DNA of 64,000 nucleotides from Ostrea edulis (lineage: Eukaryota): assembly GCF_947568905.1 (NCBI RefSeq), contig NC_079171.1, positions 8,866,001 to 8,930,000 on the forward strand, read 5' to 3'. The translations under genes and the position numbers were made by a program. Positions 37,652 through 49,410 of this stretch are shown piece after piece. The notes under the pieces were generated by a model that was not told the origin of the DNA, did not search any database, and saw only the letters and a program-made list of their open reading frames with translations. Position 1 is the stretch's first letter, and each line of letters begins with the position of its first letter.

Positions 37652-39513
37652 ATGGCAACATCACTAGACAGCTCTTCGATGGAGGATGTTACATTGTGTT
37701 CTATATGTTTCGAAAAGTTCAAGTCGCCGAGGTTTTTACCGTGTACACATTCTTTCTGTCACGGGTGTTTATCGTCCTACATCGTGAGCTTGTGTAAATC
37801 TACGGAGACTCGTTTAGGATTTAATTGTCCATTATGCCGTGAGTATACGCCCAGTCCTGGCGCCTTCGATGAGCCAGACGAGTGGGCGGGGCTTTTTCCT
37901 GTGAATGCAATGTTGAGGAAAATTGTAGACAAATCAGACCAATTGCTTTGTGAGCCATGCTTGAGAGAAAAAGAAGAAGAGGAGGCCTCGGACTACTGCT
38001 TTTCATGTTTAGAACATTTATGCAAAATGTGTACGAAGTACCACAGGAAGAATTTGTCGTCACGAGACCACAAAGTATCTCCATTGAATGAACTGAAATC
38101 GGCGAACAGAAGATCCATTGTTGATATCTCAAACAGCTGTGCCACGCATAAGGATGAAAAGGTTAGGTTATATTGCTTTGATAACGAACAGCCCTGTTGC
38201 GCAATGTGTGGTGGCATGGAACATAGGAAATGTGAGCAGTTTGATACTATTGAAAATGTTGTACGTGTTTTTAAGGAAAGCGGCAAGGTTGACTCCATTA
38301 TGGATGATGTAAACAAGTGTAAAAGTAAATTAGAAAATGCCAAAAACGAAGAAGAGAAGAATATAACGAAAATTCGGTTGATGAAATGATAGCAAGATCG
38401 GAAGAGGATTTTAAAACTCTCCTTGACCACTTGCAGAAATTGCAACAGGAACATATAGAAGAAATATCCAGTTCTCTGAAGAAAAGCAAGGAAAAATTGT
38501 AAACATGCATAGGCACCTTAACGGACGGAATACAATGTGCAGAGTATTGCAGCAAAATGTTTGAGCAAGCCAGAATCAGTGAAAATGAAACGGACTTCAT
38601 GATGAAGTTTCATACGTCAAAAATAACGTACGAACATTTAAAACACGTGAATTTTTCACGAAAGCGCATCATGATTTCCGCAAAAAAAGATCCTATTTTG
38701 ACGGAAATCGTGGATATGACAGCTCTTTCTGACGTTCACCATACTGAATCCTCTCGTCAACTTTATTTTGATGTTCGAACTGTAGAAATGTCTTTGATAA
38801 AGGAATTTAGCATTGATGGGGATGTCGTGTGCGATGGTATATTTCTGTCTAATGGCACTTTTGTGATAGCGGATTACAGAGATGATGGGAAATGCATGTT
38901 TTTTGACAAACATTGGGTCCCCAGTATATTTGGTGAAAGTCTTAAGAAACCATTTGGTTTGATAGAAAACGATGAAGAAGTTCTTGTGACTTGCAGCGGC
39001 TCAAAAAGTATTGAAGTATTTTCTTCATCAGATTTACAGAAACTTCGAAGTATTCCCATGACTGAATCAGTTTTTGGAATAACAAACCGGAGGGGTGACA
39101 TATATGTTGCGTGTGGAAAGAAAATCATTAAAATCGATAGCGTGGGTAGGATATTGAAAATATACGATGTAGAAGGGGCAAATAATGTAAATATACTTGC
39201 AACAAACACTGGACTTATTGTGTACAGTGATTGGAAAATAGAAAAAGTGACAGCGATAACCGATCAGGGAGACATTGTCTGGAAGTATAAAAATCGTAAC
39301 CTGAAATGTCCATCTGGAATCGATCAAGACTCTGTCGGTAACATATACGTTACAGGAAGAGATAGCAACAACGTCCACGTGTTGTCTGGAACCGGGGAAC
39401 TTATTAGGGTGTTCGAAGACATCCCGAGCCCGACCTTCTTTAAATTAATTGAAGAGAGGGCCATTATATGTGCTTTTGATATATCAAAACGCATAAGAGT
39501 GTTTAAAGTTTAA
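37652..39513 (+). pseudogene. TRIM-d: TRIM pseudogene with a diverged B-box, coiled-coil and propeller region
   Basis: RING and B-boxes intact; about 7-nt deletion at about 38372 (coiled coil) causes a frameshift; in-frame TAA at 38500-38502 in the downstream frame; propeller ORF 38557-39513. Confidence 0.9.
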
Positions 39514-41006
39514 GTTTCCCAGGAACATGACATTACATTGATTCTGAACAACAACAGTCCTATTGTATATTGTATTCCTTATAGGAGTTACGAGATTGAT
39601 CGTGTTTGTTATCTTCACCTTTCCTATAAAATGTTAGCTGCGCTAATGCAGCCCTCTCCGATTCTTTCTTTCTTTCTTTTTGAGGGGGCTACAACTCCTT
39701 AGGATTTCCGTAATGGTGCAAATGCGAGAGTGATTCACTCCCGCAACATTTTTGATCATTTTAAACATTTGCTGACTTCCTTTACGTAATTGAAATTATA
39801 TTCTCTATTTCTTAGTCAATATATGAATTTACAACCTGCAACTTTTCGATGTATTCCAATTTATTGATTCATATTTGTGTGCCATCTTTGATGTACTGAA
39901 GTTTCAACTTCGAGTTGTCAAATTATTTGCATATGCCATATAAGGTAGTGTTTACATCAATGGACGAGCACGGAGGTGAAAGCGATTTCGTCGGTATTAA
40001 AATATCAAGTTAAAAATCAACAGCAGAGTGTACGTTTTTCGGCCACCACATGATTTGTTCTTTTTTGTCGGAATGACTCAAGTAACTACATTTTCGCGCT
40101 GATTGTCAATGTTGAGGTTTTTCAGTAGATTTACTGACGAGATCTCGCGATAATAAGAATGGCATAGCAAACCAAGAATCTTGAATGTTGTAAATATATT
40201 TCATTAAAAACACCTTTCTCAAACAATAATCAATCAATCATTCAAACATGCCCAAGCACAAAGTCGGTAGTATTTAGTGTGTAAACAACAGCATTGGATA
40301 CAAATACAAGGATTTTATTAAAGGTTATTCATTAAAAAAATATTGGCATCATTACGAAGATCTCGTGGACTTCTAGCCCTATCCTGAAAACGTCTGAATA
40401 AAAAAGGAGAGGATTAGATTATTGCAGCATATAAAATGTCAAACAATCTATTTAAAACATTCGTTGCTCATCAAAAACACTCAGGACATAGCGAATCAAA
40501 GTTGATATTGATAGAAATAAAAACATGTGAATTTGATATTAATCTTTTTTCCCGATTTAACCTTTTCAGAATGATTATCAGGCCCTTCCCTAACCTGTAA
40601 AATATGTAATTAAAGTGAATAAAGTATATCTTGACTGTATGTCATTTAACATTCAAAGGTAATTTTATGAAATTAGTCGTCACTATTTCTTGGTATCTAT
40701 TTTTCGCCGAAATATTAACAATTCGTAGTTAGCCATTTACGAAATTTGTCCCTGCATTATGTTTAAGCCCGGACTAAGAATGCAAGTTTTATCACTCGTG
40801 TATATACTTAGTTTTGCTCAGTCGGAAATATACGATAGAACAATCATATAGACGAAAAGTGATACTGCTTGCTGTGAAAAATACCATCAAGCCCATGACT
40901 CTTGTCCGTTCATACCGTGTTAGAGTTGAAATATCACATCAGAACAAAACGCACGCCATACAAGTGTAAATCAGATGTTCGTTATCTCCATTTGTTCATT
41001 CTTTTT

Positions 41007-41073
41007 AATTAACAACTGCAATTAATTAACAACTACAATTAATTAACAACTACAATTAATTAACAACTACAAT
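41007..41073. repeat. 17-bp tandem repeat, about 4 copies, just 3' of TRIM-e
   Basis: (aattaacaactacaatt)n. Confidence 0.8.
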
Positions 41074-41201
41074 ACTACAGAGAATCAAAGTTTCATATTT
41101 GTTCTTTATATCCAACATTTGAAGATATAGAAAAAAAATACTATTCTAATGTTCTGCATAAACTTCACTGTCATCACAACACTGAGAGAGGAGCGATGGG
41201 A

Positions 41202-43118
41202 TTATTTGAATTGGTACACTTTGATGTGTTTTCGATTGCTACACACGCAACATGTATTTCTCGCTTTGTTTATTTTCATAAAGTCTGGTCTCGGAATGTC
41301 CTCAAAAAGTCGAATTAATTTGCCTTCACCGGACAACACATGGACATTGTCACTGGATTTACCAGCGACATAGATATTACCATCAGAGTCCGTGTCAAGG
41401 CCACACGGAGATTTAAGATGTGGACTGTCGTATGTCCACGCGGTTTGACCTCCATCTGTAATCGCTGTTACGACGTGTTTTTTTCTGTTACTGTATATAA
41501 TGTGGTTTTTCGTGGCGACGATGTGCTTCACGCCAGTCTCTACACTGTACTCTTTCATTAATCTTTCATACTCGTTTATCTTCACGATTTTGTCATTGCA
41601 TGCACAGTATAAGTAAGCATCCTTCTTTGCTATTCCAAAGTTTTTGTGAAGACTGGTGAATTTCATATTTGATGATTTGGAATAAGAGTAAAGTGATACC
41701 CTTTCAATGGATCTTGAACCGTGGCATGCCACTAATAATTCTCGTGCCTTTTCACACAGACCGAAAGGTTCTGAAGACAAGTCAATGGATCTTGTGCACG
41801 CAAACACTTTGTTATAAAAGAAGCATTTACCATTGTTGCTCCTTTTACAACCCCGCCTTTTTGTCGACAGCCATGATAGAACGAACTCTCCATTTGATAA
41901 AAACGTACCATCACGTACGCAGCCTGCATCAATGCTAAAATCATTTAATAAAGATAACTCAACTCTTCTCAGATCAGACTTGACATCAAATAGGGACTCT
42001 GAAAATACTGCATCAGGAAAACTTTCAAGATCCATGATATCTTCCAAAATAGGATCCTTTCCTTCCTTAAGCCCTATGCGTATTTGTGTAAATTCGTAAT
42101 TTTTGAGTTGTTCAAATATTTTTCTGCTTTTATAGTACTTCACAACCATATCGATGTCATCCTGACTTTTTCTACAATCCTCAATATTTCTGTAACAGTA
42201 ATCTGTGCATTGAATTCCATCTGATAGCGTGTCTATGCATTTTTCGTATTTTTCTTTATTTCTCTTTACAGCGGTAGCCATTTTTGTTAGATACTCATTT
42301 TTCAGATGCTGCAAGTGATCGATAGCAACCCGAAATTCTCTCGTGGTATTCTCTGTAATCTGGTCTGCTTTATCATCCATTTCTGTAACGAACCTTTCTT
42401 GTTCCTTCTTTGCATCTACTAATTTGTTTTCAAGAATATGTATGTCTTCAGACAGGCTGTCGAAATTATGACTAAGAATCTCTCTGAGAGTCTCAGCAGT
42501 TTTCTTTATAGCATCAACACTTTCACATTTTCTGTGTTCCGTACTGACACACATTGCGCAGCATGGCTCTTCGTGATCGTTGCAAAATAGCTCTAGTTTT
42601 CTATCCTGATGTGTTGAACACATATTTTCTCTACCAATTCTCGGTGTAATATTCATTCCTTTCATTTTATTCACTGGTACTGTCTTATGGTCAAGTGTTG
42701 TTAGACTTCTTTTATGATATTTTGTACACAATTTGCACAAATATTCCATGCAAAAGAAACAAAAATCGGTTGCATACTCTACTTCGCTCTGTCGTAAGCA
42801 AGCCTCGCATTGTGTTTGTTCTGATTCCTGTAAAAGTTTTCCTAATACTTCGTTTTCAGGGAAAAGTTCTGCCCACTTCTCTGGCTCACCTAAGGCATTA
42901 TCAATGGGAATGTACTCACGGCATAATGGACAATTAAATCCCAAACGAGGCTCCGTAGATTTACACACATTATCAATGTAGGAAGATAAACACTTGTGAC
43001 AGAAGGAATGTGTACACGGTAAAAACCTCGGCGACTTGAACTTTTCGATACATATCGAACAAAATGTAACATCCTCCGTTGTAGAGCTGTCTAGTGAAAG
43101 TTGCCATTTTTCTATCAC
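41202..43118 (-). CDS. TRIM-e: TRIM E3 ligase with an uninterrupted reading frame but no in-frame AUG upstream of the RING
   Basis: 638-codon ORF with all domains. The ORF track starts at GTG; the ancestral ATG (43107) is out of frame because of an extra T (ATGGCAACTTTCA versus ATGGCAACATCA); first in-frame ATG is at 42749. Confidence 0.85.
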   Translation of the reverse strand: MIEKWQLSLDSSTTEDVTFCSICIEKFKSPRFLPCTHSFCHKCLSSYIDNVCKSTEPRLGFNCPLCREYIPIDNALGEPEKWAELFPENEVLGKLLQESEQTQCEACLRQSEVEYATDFCFFCMEYLCKLCTKYHKRSLTTLDHKTVPVNKMKGMNITPRIGRENMCSTHQDRKLELFCNDHEEPCCAMCVSTEHRKCESVDAIKKTAETLREILSHNFDSLSEDIHILENKLVDAKKEQERFVTEMDDKADQITENTTREFRVAIDHLQHLKNEYLTKMATAVKRNKEKYEKCIDTLSDGIQCTDYCYRNIEDCRKSQDDIDMVVKYYKSRKIFEQLKNYEFTQIRIGLKEGKDPILEDIMDLESFPDAVFSESLFDVKSDLRRVELSLLNDFSIDAGCVRDGTFLSNGEFVLSWLSTKRRGCKRSNNGKCFFYNKVFACTRSIDLSSEPFGLCEKARELLVACHGSRSIERVSLYSYSKSSNMKFTSLHKNFGIAKKDAYLYCACNDKIVKINEYERLMKEYSVETGVKHIVATKNHIIYSNRKKHVVTAITDGGQTAWTYDSPHLKSPCGLDTDSDGNIYVAGKSSDNVHVLSGEGKLIRLFEDIPRPDFMKINKARNTCCVCSNRKHIKVYQFK

Positions 43119-43124
43119 AATTCA

Positions 43125-43140
43125 ACTTTCGCTTTCAGTT
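43125..43140 (-). promoter_or_regulatory. IRF-binding element / ISRE upstream of TRIM-e
   Basis: Plus strand ACTTTCGCTTTCAGTT (minus AACTGAAAGCGAAAGT), 17 nt before ATG 43107. Confidence 0.65.
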
Positions 43141-45376
43141 CGAATTCAGCGTACCCGTTTTAGCCTCGGCGTTATAAATTTTCCGAAACAAATGGAACAC
43201 CCCGTGATGTCTGTAAATGAAGTATCGATTGTAGACGTTGTCATTGCTGACAAGAAAATAAACCATAAATTCACTGCCCTTGTATATTAAGAGTCTAATG
43301 CACCGTCCTTCCCATGAGAATCATTGGACAAAACGTGCATTCACACTGATAAAAGTGCAACGAGTTATAAAACAAGTCTGTTGCGTAGATCTCTGCCCGG
43401 AAGTATAGTATTCGGGAACATGGAAGCCTATGTCGGACATAAGTAATTTAGATAGGAGATTAAAGGTTTAAATTCAATGTGACAATTAATCTCTTGATAT
43501 TCCAGGATTTAAAAAAAGTCTAAATTTAGACGCACATGCAGTCTTAAAAATTCCGGAGCTATCTATTATCATATACTTTATATTCCACACAATATAATGA
43601 TACGCAAGACGCAATCTAATACACAATTACCGAGCTGCCCAAGAGTTATTTCCCTTTTTGACCTCTTACGGACGGTGAGGCGCAAAATGTTTTTGTACTC
43701 ACGCGGTGGGTACAAATGCTGATCGTTGTGTTCATATATTGTCTAAAGGGTGATTATCAGGCGTCATGCAGCAACCCGAACTGCTGGAACACACACATTT
43801 AGTAAGTTTATGAGTATTTGATAATAAAATAGCTCAAACAAAAATTGATAATCACCATCTTTCTTTTATAAAAGTATCACTTGCATAGCAGAGGAAATAA
43901 ACAATAAGTTCATATTTAATGCAATGGCGTAATTCAAACAAAATATTCTTGATATTGTCAGTATAATGTATACCAACGGTTGATAAAAAGAAAAGAAGTA
44001 GGTACAGTTTCTACTGTCATCTGGCCCAGGAAATAGATGAATTCAGCAGGAGTCCCAAAATCTGACATTCAAATAAGGAATATATAAGCAAATCAAAACT
44101 ACGTTTAATTTGATCCGAAATTACTTTCTGTTGTATGACAGGAGCGTGAAGTTGGCATAAAATTGCCAAAAATGCCAAAATGAATGAAAAATTTCATAAA
44201 TTCAGGGTGTTTTCCCTTCAGAAAACATACAGCCCATGTGTCGAGCAAATTCATATTCAAATACATTTTTCGCCTTCTCTTAATACACAATATATATTAA
44301 TTGCATTTTGCTCGACGGATGGGGACACCTTTTCCTAAGCAATAATCTGGATCAAATTTAACAGTTATCAAACTCTTTTTGAAAAATGGCGGGAAAAACT
44401 CTTATTCATGACGTAATAATGCTATAAAATTAGAAATAACTTCGATTTAAGTTGAGATTGTGTACTTGGCATGTATTTAACTTATTCAAAACACAGATCA
44501 AGCTTGATTCAAGACACATTTAAATCAAGAGAAATTTTTTGGGCCTTTTTATGTACACAATTGTACCTTGTTCTTTACGCTTTCAGAACTTTCATCCTTA
44601 TTTAGATAGCCAGTCTATACTGTATTTATACATCTTGTACCCACCAAAGCGTTCAACAGAATACAGAACGTACCTCCATCACAAAAGAGCTGATATCTCG
44701 GAAGTTGCGTATCAAGATCAGGTCTTCTCTAACCGTTACACTGGAGACAGATCTGACAGCATTGCATTTGAGGTCGTGTTATTGACCACCGTCTCATGAA
44801 TAATTCAATAAAGATTCGACCAATAACAATAACTTGACAAATAATGAAGGACTAATCAGGAATCGTTTTACTGAAGTGTACACAAAAATTGGCATCGATC
44901 CATGAAGTGTTCAAACGAACTCCAAATATCAGCGTTAAAGGAAGAACAAATGACGATCGTATATATTATACATCCATTATCGTTAAATATATTTTCTGTG
45001 GTATTCTAACATCGATCATGGCCGCCACCACCTTCTTCGATTATTATCCCGTGTTTCTCGGTAATTATCGACATGCGCATGATAAATACCAAGTATGTTC
45101 CGATATAACAGGAAACTTTCACGTTGACGAGAGCCTTCATTTGATAGAAAGGTGAATATAACGAACAGTGATCAATCTCATAACTCCTATAAGCAATACA
45201 ATGTAGATAGTTGGCATGAGCTCACACTTAGTGTTGTTAGATCCCTCTCCAGTGTATCGGTGAGAGAGGATCTGATTTCAATCAGATTGTATCGTCACAA
45301 CACTATAATAATCATCCTAGGGCACCGAGGTTAGATGAGAACAAAACGCTGGACAAATATTGGGCCAATGTTTTTT

Positions 45377-45826
45377 GAGAATGTCGAGATTATATGTCCG
45401 AGTTAGTTGGGTTAGTATGTAACTTGACTCAACATTTAGTCGATATTGTGAGAATGTCGAGATTATATGTCCGAGTTAGTGGGATAAGTGTGCAACTTGA
45501 CTCGACATTTAGCCGATATTGTGAGAATGTCGAGATAATATGTCCGAGTTAGTCGGGTAAGTGTGCACCTTGGTTCAACATTTGGCCGATATTGTGAGAA
45601 TGTCGAGATTATATGTCCGAGTTAGTGGGGTAAGTGTGTAACTTGGTTCAACATTTGGCCGATATTGTGAGAATGTCGAGATAATATGTCCGAGTTAGTT
45701 GGGTAAGTGTGCACCTTGGTTCAACATTTGGCCGATATTGTGAGAATGTCGAGATTATATGTCCGAGTTAGTGGGGTAAGTGTGTAACTTGGTTCAACAT
45801 TTGGCCGATATTATGAGAGTGTCGCC
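45377..45826. repeat. 73-bp minisatellite, about 6 copies
   Basis: Units start at 45377, 45450, 45523, 45596, 45669, 45742 and 45815 (gagaatgtcgagat.atatgtccgagttag...). Confidence 0.9.
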
Positions 45827-46221
45827 ACAGCAATCCGGAGTTACTTGGGTACACAGCTTTGACCCATCCTAAAAATGTGAAGATAAGAAACAATGATCAA
45901 CCTAAGAATACGAAATTAAGTGCAGGGCAAACACAGGCCGTTAGACATGCCAGAGGTGGAATTAGGTGCCTATGAGGAGAGAGTATCCCCTGTCGACCGC
46001 TTACATCCACCTTAAGCCCTATATCTTGATCAGGTTAATGGATTTATCAGTAGTCAAAATCAGTGTGTCAAGAACTATATTTTTAATCACAAGTAATGAG
46101 CCAACACATTCATACATTATTTAGAATTACAATGAAACATAAAAAGGTTGGGGGGTTTTTTTTTGTTTTTTTTACATTAATCAATGCTTTTTTTTAAATA
46201 CGTTGCATTTACTAAAGAATT

Positions 46222-46470
46222 TGTTCCGTGGCAGAGTGGTTACAGTATTGCGCTCAAAATCACACGGCCTCTCACCTCTTTCGGCGCGGGTTCGAATCCC
46301 GCTCGTGCCGGTAAGCGAGAAAGTTTCCCATTTTACTTTCGAAAGGTCGGTGGTCTCTCCCCAGGTACATTGTATCTGGGTTCTCTCTTCCACCAATAAA
46401 AACTGGGCGCCACCATATAACTGAAAAATTGTTGAGTGTGGCGGAAAACATCAAAACAATCAATCAAAAC
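46222..46470 (+). mobile_element. tRNA-derived SINE with a V-domain-like centre
   Basis: A box TGGCAGAGTGG, B box GGTTCGAATCC, ggtcggtggtctctccccaggtac...ctgaaaaattgttgagtgtggcg, AATC tail. Confidence 0.7.
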
Positions 46471-47448
46471 AAAAAGAAGTTTATATTTTACATTAGAAAT
46501 AATAACATTATCTAAAATTCTAAAGAGTGTATAGAATTAATTTATCTATATTTAACATGTGTATTCTTTCAATTAACAAAACTGTTCAAAGGAAATCTTT
46601 GTAAGTTAATGCAAGCGAAAGTGTTGAAGATCTGCAGCGTCCAAAATAAAAAATGCAAATAAATACAAAAACGTTTTATTTCTTTTCATTTACAATAATG
46701 CGTACATGTGTAGACATGGAATTCTATACATCTTATAGACAAATAAAATACATAAAAAAGTATATACCTGTTATAGACAAACAAAAGACATAAAAAGTAT
46801 ATACCTGTTATAGACAAACGGTATATACTAAATACAGTTCATCGGAATAACAGCAATACTTCCTGTATTACATTTTGATTATACAAGTAAATATATAAAA
46901 AGCTGTCATTCATTTCTTTGCTCACACAATACTAACCCTACATACACGCTGGCGGTCTTCCGTGTGGTAGTTTTAATAGATGGATAACATTTTAACAAAC
47001 ATTGTTGATAGAATATGGATTGATACTGGGTTTGTTTTTTATCTCCTGATGAATGAGACAGATCTGTGATTGTGTAAAGAAAGACACACGTATTTTATTT
47101 TGAACAGAGATTCTATGGTACATTTGTTAACTACACATTAGTTTACTTTGAATTATTGATACTCTATGAAAGTTAAGCTATGGCTGAATTAACTCGATAC
47201 CATAATTTTTGGACACTTATTTGGAATGATTTAGCAGCAACATAGTAAAGCAATATTATTACGAATTCACGGTTATAACGAATTCGCAGTTATAACGAAT
47301 TCACTCTCATAGAGAACTCACGCTTCTTGCGAATTCACGTTTATAACAAATTCAAGCTTATCAAGCTTATTGCGAAGTCATATTTATTCTCCTTAACAAT
47401 ATTGGATATAACGAAGTTTGGTTAAAAGAAACTGTTTCTGATGGACCT

Positions 47449-47703
47449 GGAGGTTCGCTATAACTGTCTTCTACTGTAAAACTAGACTTTGTCTGTTGTG
47501 TTGTTTTAATGGCGCAGGAGCTTCGTTATAACTGTCTTCTATTGTATAACTAGACTTTGTCTGTAGTGCTGTTTTAATGGCGCAGGAGGTTCGCTATAAC
47601 TGTCTTTTACTGTATAACTAGACTTTGTCTGTAGTGCTGTTTTAATGGCGCTGGAGGTTCGCTATAACTGTCTTTTACTGTATAAAAAGAGATTGTCTGT
47701 ACT
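47449..47703. repeat. 68-bp tandem repeat (about 3.7 copies) made of a MITE terminus plus flank
   Basis: Units at 47449, 47517, 47585 and 47653; each contains ggttcgctataactgtct..tactgTA. Confidence 0.85.
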
Positions 47704-48845
47704 ACTTACAGTGATATAATGTCCAACGTTAAGATCTGAATTTAAAATCAGTAGGATGGACATCCGAAAAAATCCAACGTTTAACATGCTTTTATCTTCA
47801 ATATCGCTTGTACATGTTTAAGATAATCATATTATATAGCTGATATATATTCTATTCATAATGTAAGCCATGTATCCCGATATTCCTACAGCACTAGAAA
47901 TGCAGACTAGCTCCTATCTAAAGTACAGCAAGTTCCCGGAATGTATGTAAAGTTAATATGTACATTATAAGTTAAATTTGTCTATACCATAACTTAGCTC
48001 TACTTGCCGTGATCAAAAATGTGACCAACAATAAAAATTATTCGTAAAGATAAAAATATTATCCAACTCATTTGTTTTATTAAAAAAACAATCAGTTCTA
48101 CTTTTTAAAAATAAACCTTATCATTATCTGCTAAAAATAACCTTATCATTATCTGCTAAAAGAAAATCTGAATCACCTGCTTTGATAAAAAGAAACAGAG
48201 CTACAAGTTTAGATAAAAACACAGAATTACTTATTTTCATGAATAAAATCATAATGACTTATTTTCATAAAACATGCAGTCCTCTTCTGTATAAAAACAA
48301 CTTATACTTGTCAATGATAGCGTGATGTAGATGCAATGTGTTAAAATATGTGAATATCAGTGTTTTTAGTTTTGTATAGAACACGTACAGGAAGGGATTC
48401 TAGGAAGCTGGTGCTACAATTGTAAAAATTAAAGATGTCGACCATGGTCAAATATTTGATTTAATTTTCTTTTGACAAGAACATTTGGACATGTTGCATA
48501 TTTTTTGTGGTTGGGGTAATTCTGAAATCAGAATACACAAGTTGTTACATCATAAAACATAAAACTTAACTAAAATCAAATTACGACAAACTCAACATTG
48601 TCTACATTACCAAACACTTTAAGTGTATCTGTATTCCAGTTCTATTTGAGCAAAATGAGTTTAATGCCCAATATATAATCACCAATATGAACAATTATCA
48701 ATTTGTGTCTGGTAGTTTCTGTCTAATTAGAGGTATACTTTAATATTCTACAAGTAGGTAGCTTCCTTAAAAAATCAAACAAAATTTCCTTCAAGTTTAG
48801 AAAATGTAAATATACAATAAAACACTTTTATAATAATTTCAAACT

Positions 48846-49410
48846 TACAGTAAAGCACAATTACATCAAACACTCTTATAATGAATTCACGCTTACAGCA
48901 AAGTGACATATTTCCTGTAATTTTTAAATTGTGCTATAAATTTCTGAGGTATAACAAATCACATTTATAATGAATTGAAATTGTTCATCCCCACTAATTT
49001 ATCATAATTATGTTTTACTATAAAACTGTTCGCCCTAGAACTTCACTATAAGTATGTTTTACTATAATTGTTTGCCCTAGCACTTCACTATAAGTGTGTT
49101 TTAGTGTAATTGTTTGTCCCCAGCACTTCACTATAAGTGTGTTTTACTATAATTGTTTGCACTAGCACTTCACTATAAGTGTGTTTTACTGTAATTGTTC
49201 ATCACCAGCACTTCACTATAAGTGTGTTTTACTGTAGTTGTTTGTCACCAGCACTTCACTATAAGTGTGTTTTACTGTAATTGTTCATCACCAGCACTTC
49301 ACTATAAGTGTGTTTTACTGTAATTGTTCATCACCAGCACTTCACTATAAGTGTGTTTTACTATAATTGTTTGCACTAGAACTTCACTATAAGTGTGTTT
49401 AACTGTCCTA
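48846..49410. repeat. MITE (left end TACAGTAAAGCAC at 48846) whose right end is amplified as a 42-43-bp minisatellite (about 9 copies, 49012-49410)
   Basis: Unit gcacttcactataagtgtgttttactgtaattgtt...; gtgttttactgTA is the approximate reverse complement of the left terminus. Confidence 0.75.

Noticed and set aside
45377-45826. Regularly spaced repeats that might look like a CRISPR array (also 49012-49410 and 53478-54472)
   Set aside because: Whole units repeat with no unique spacers, the context is eukaryotic and there are no cas genes; these are minisatellites
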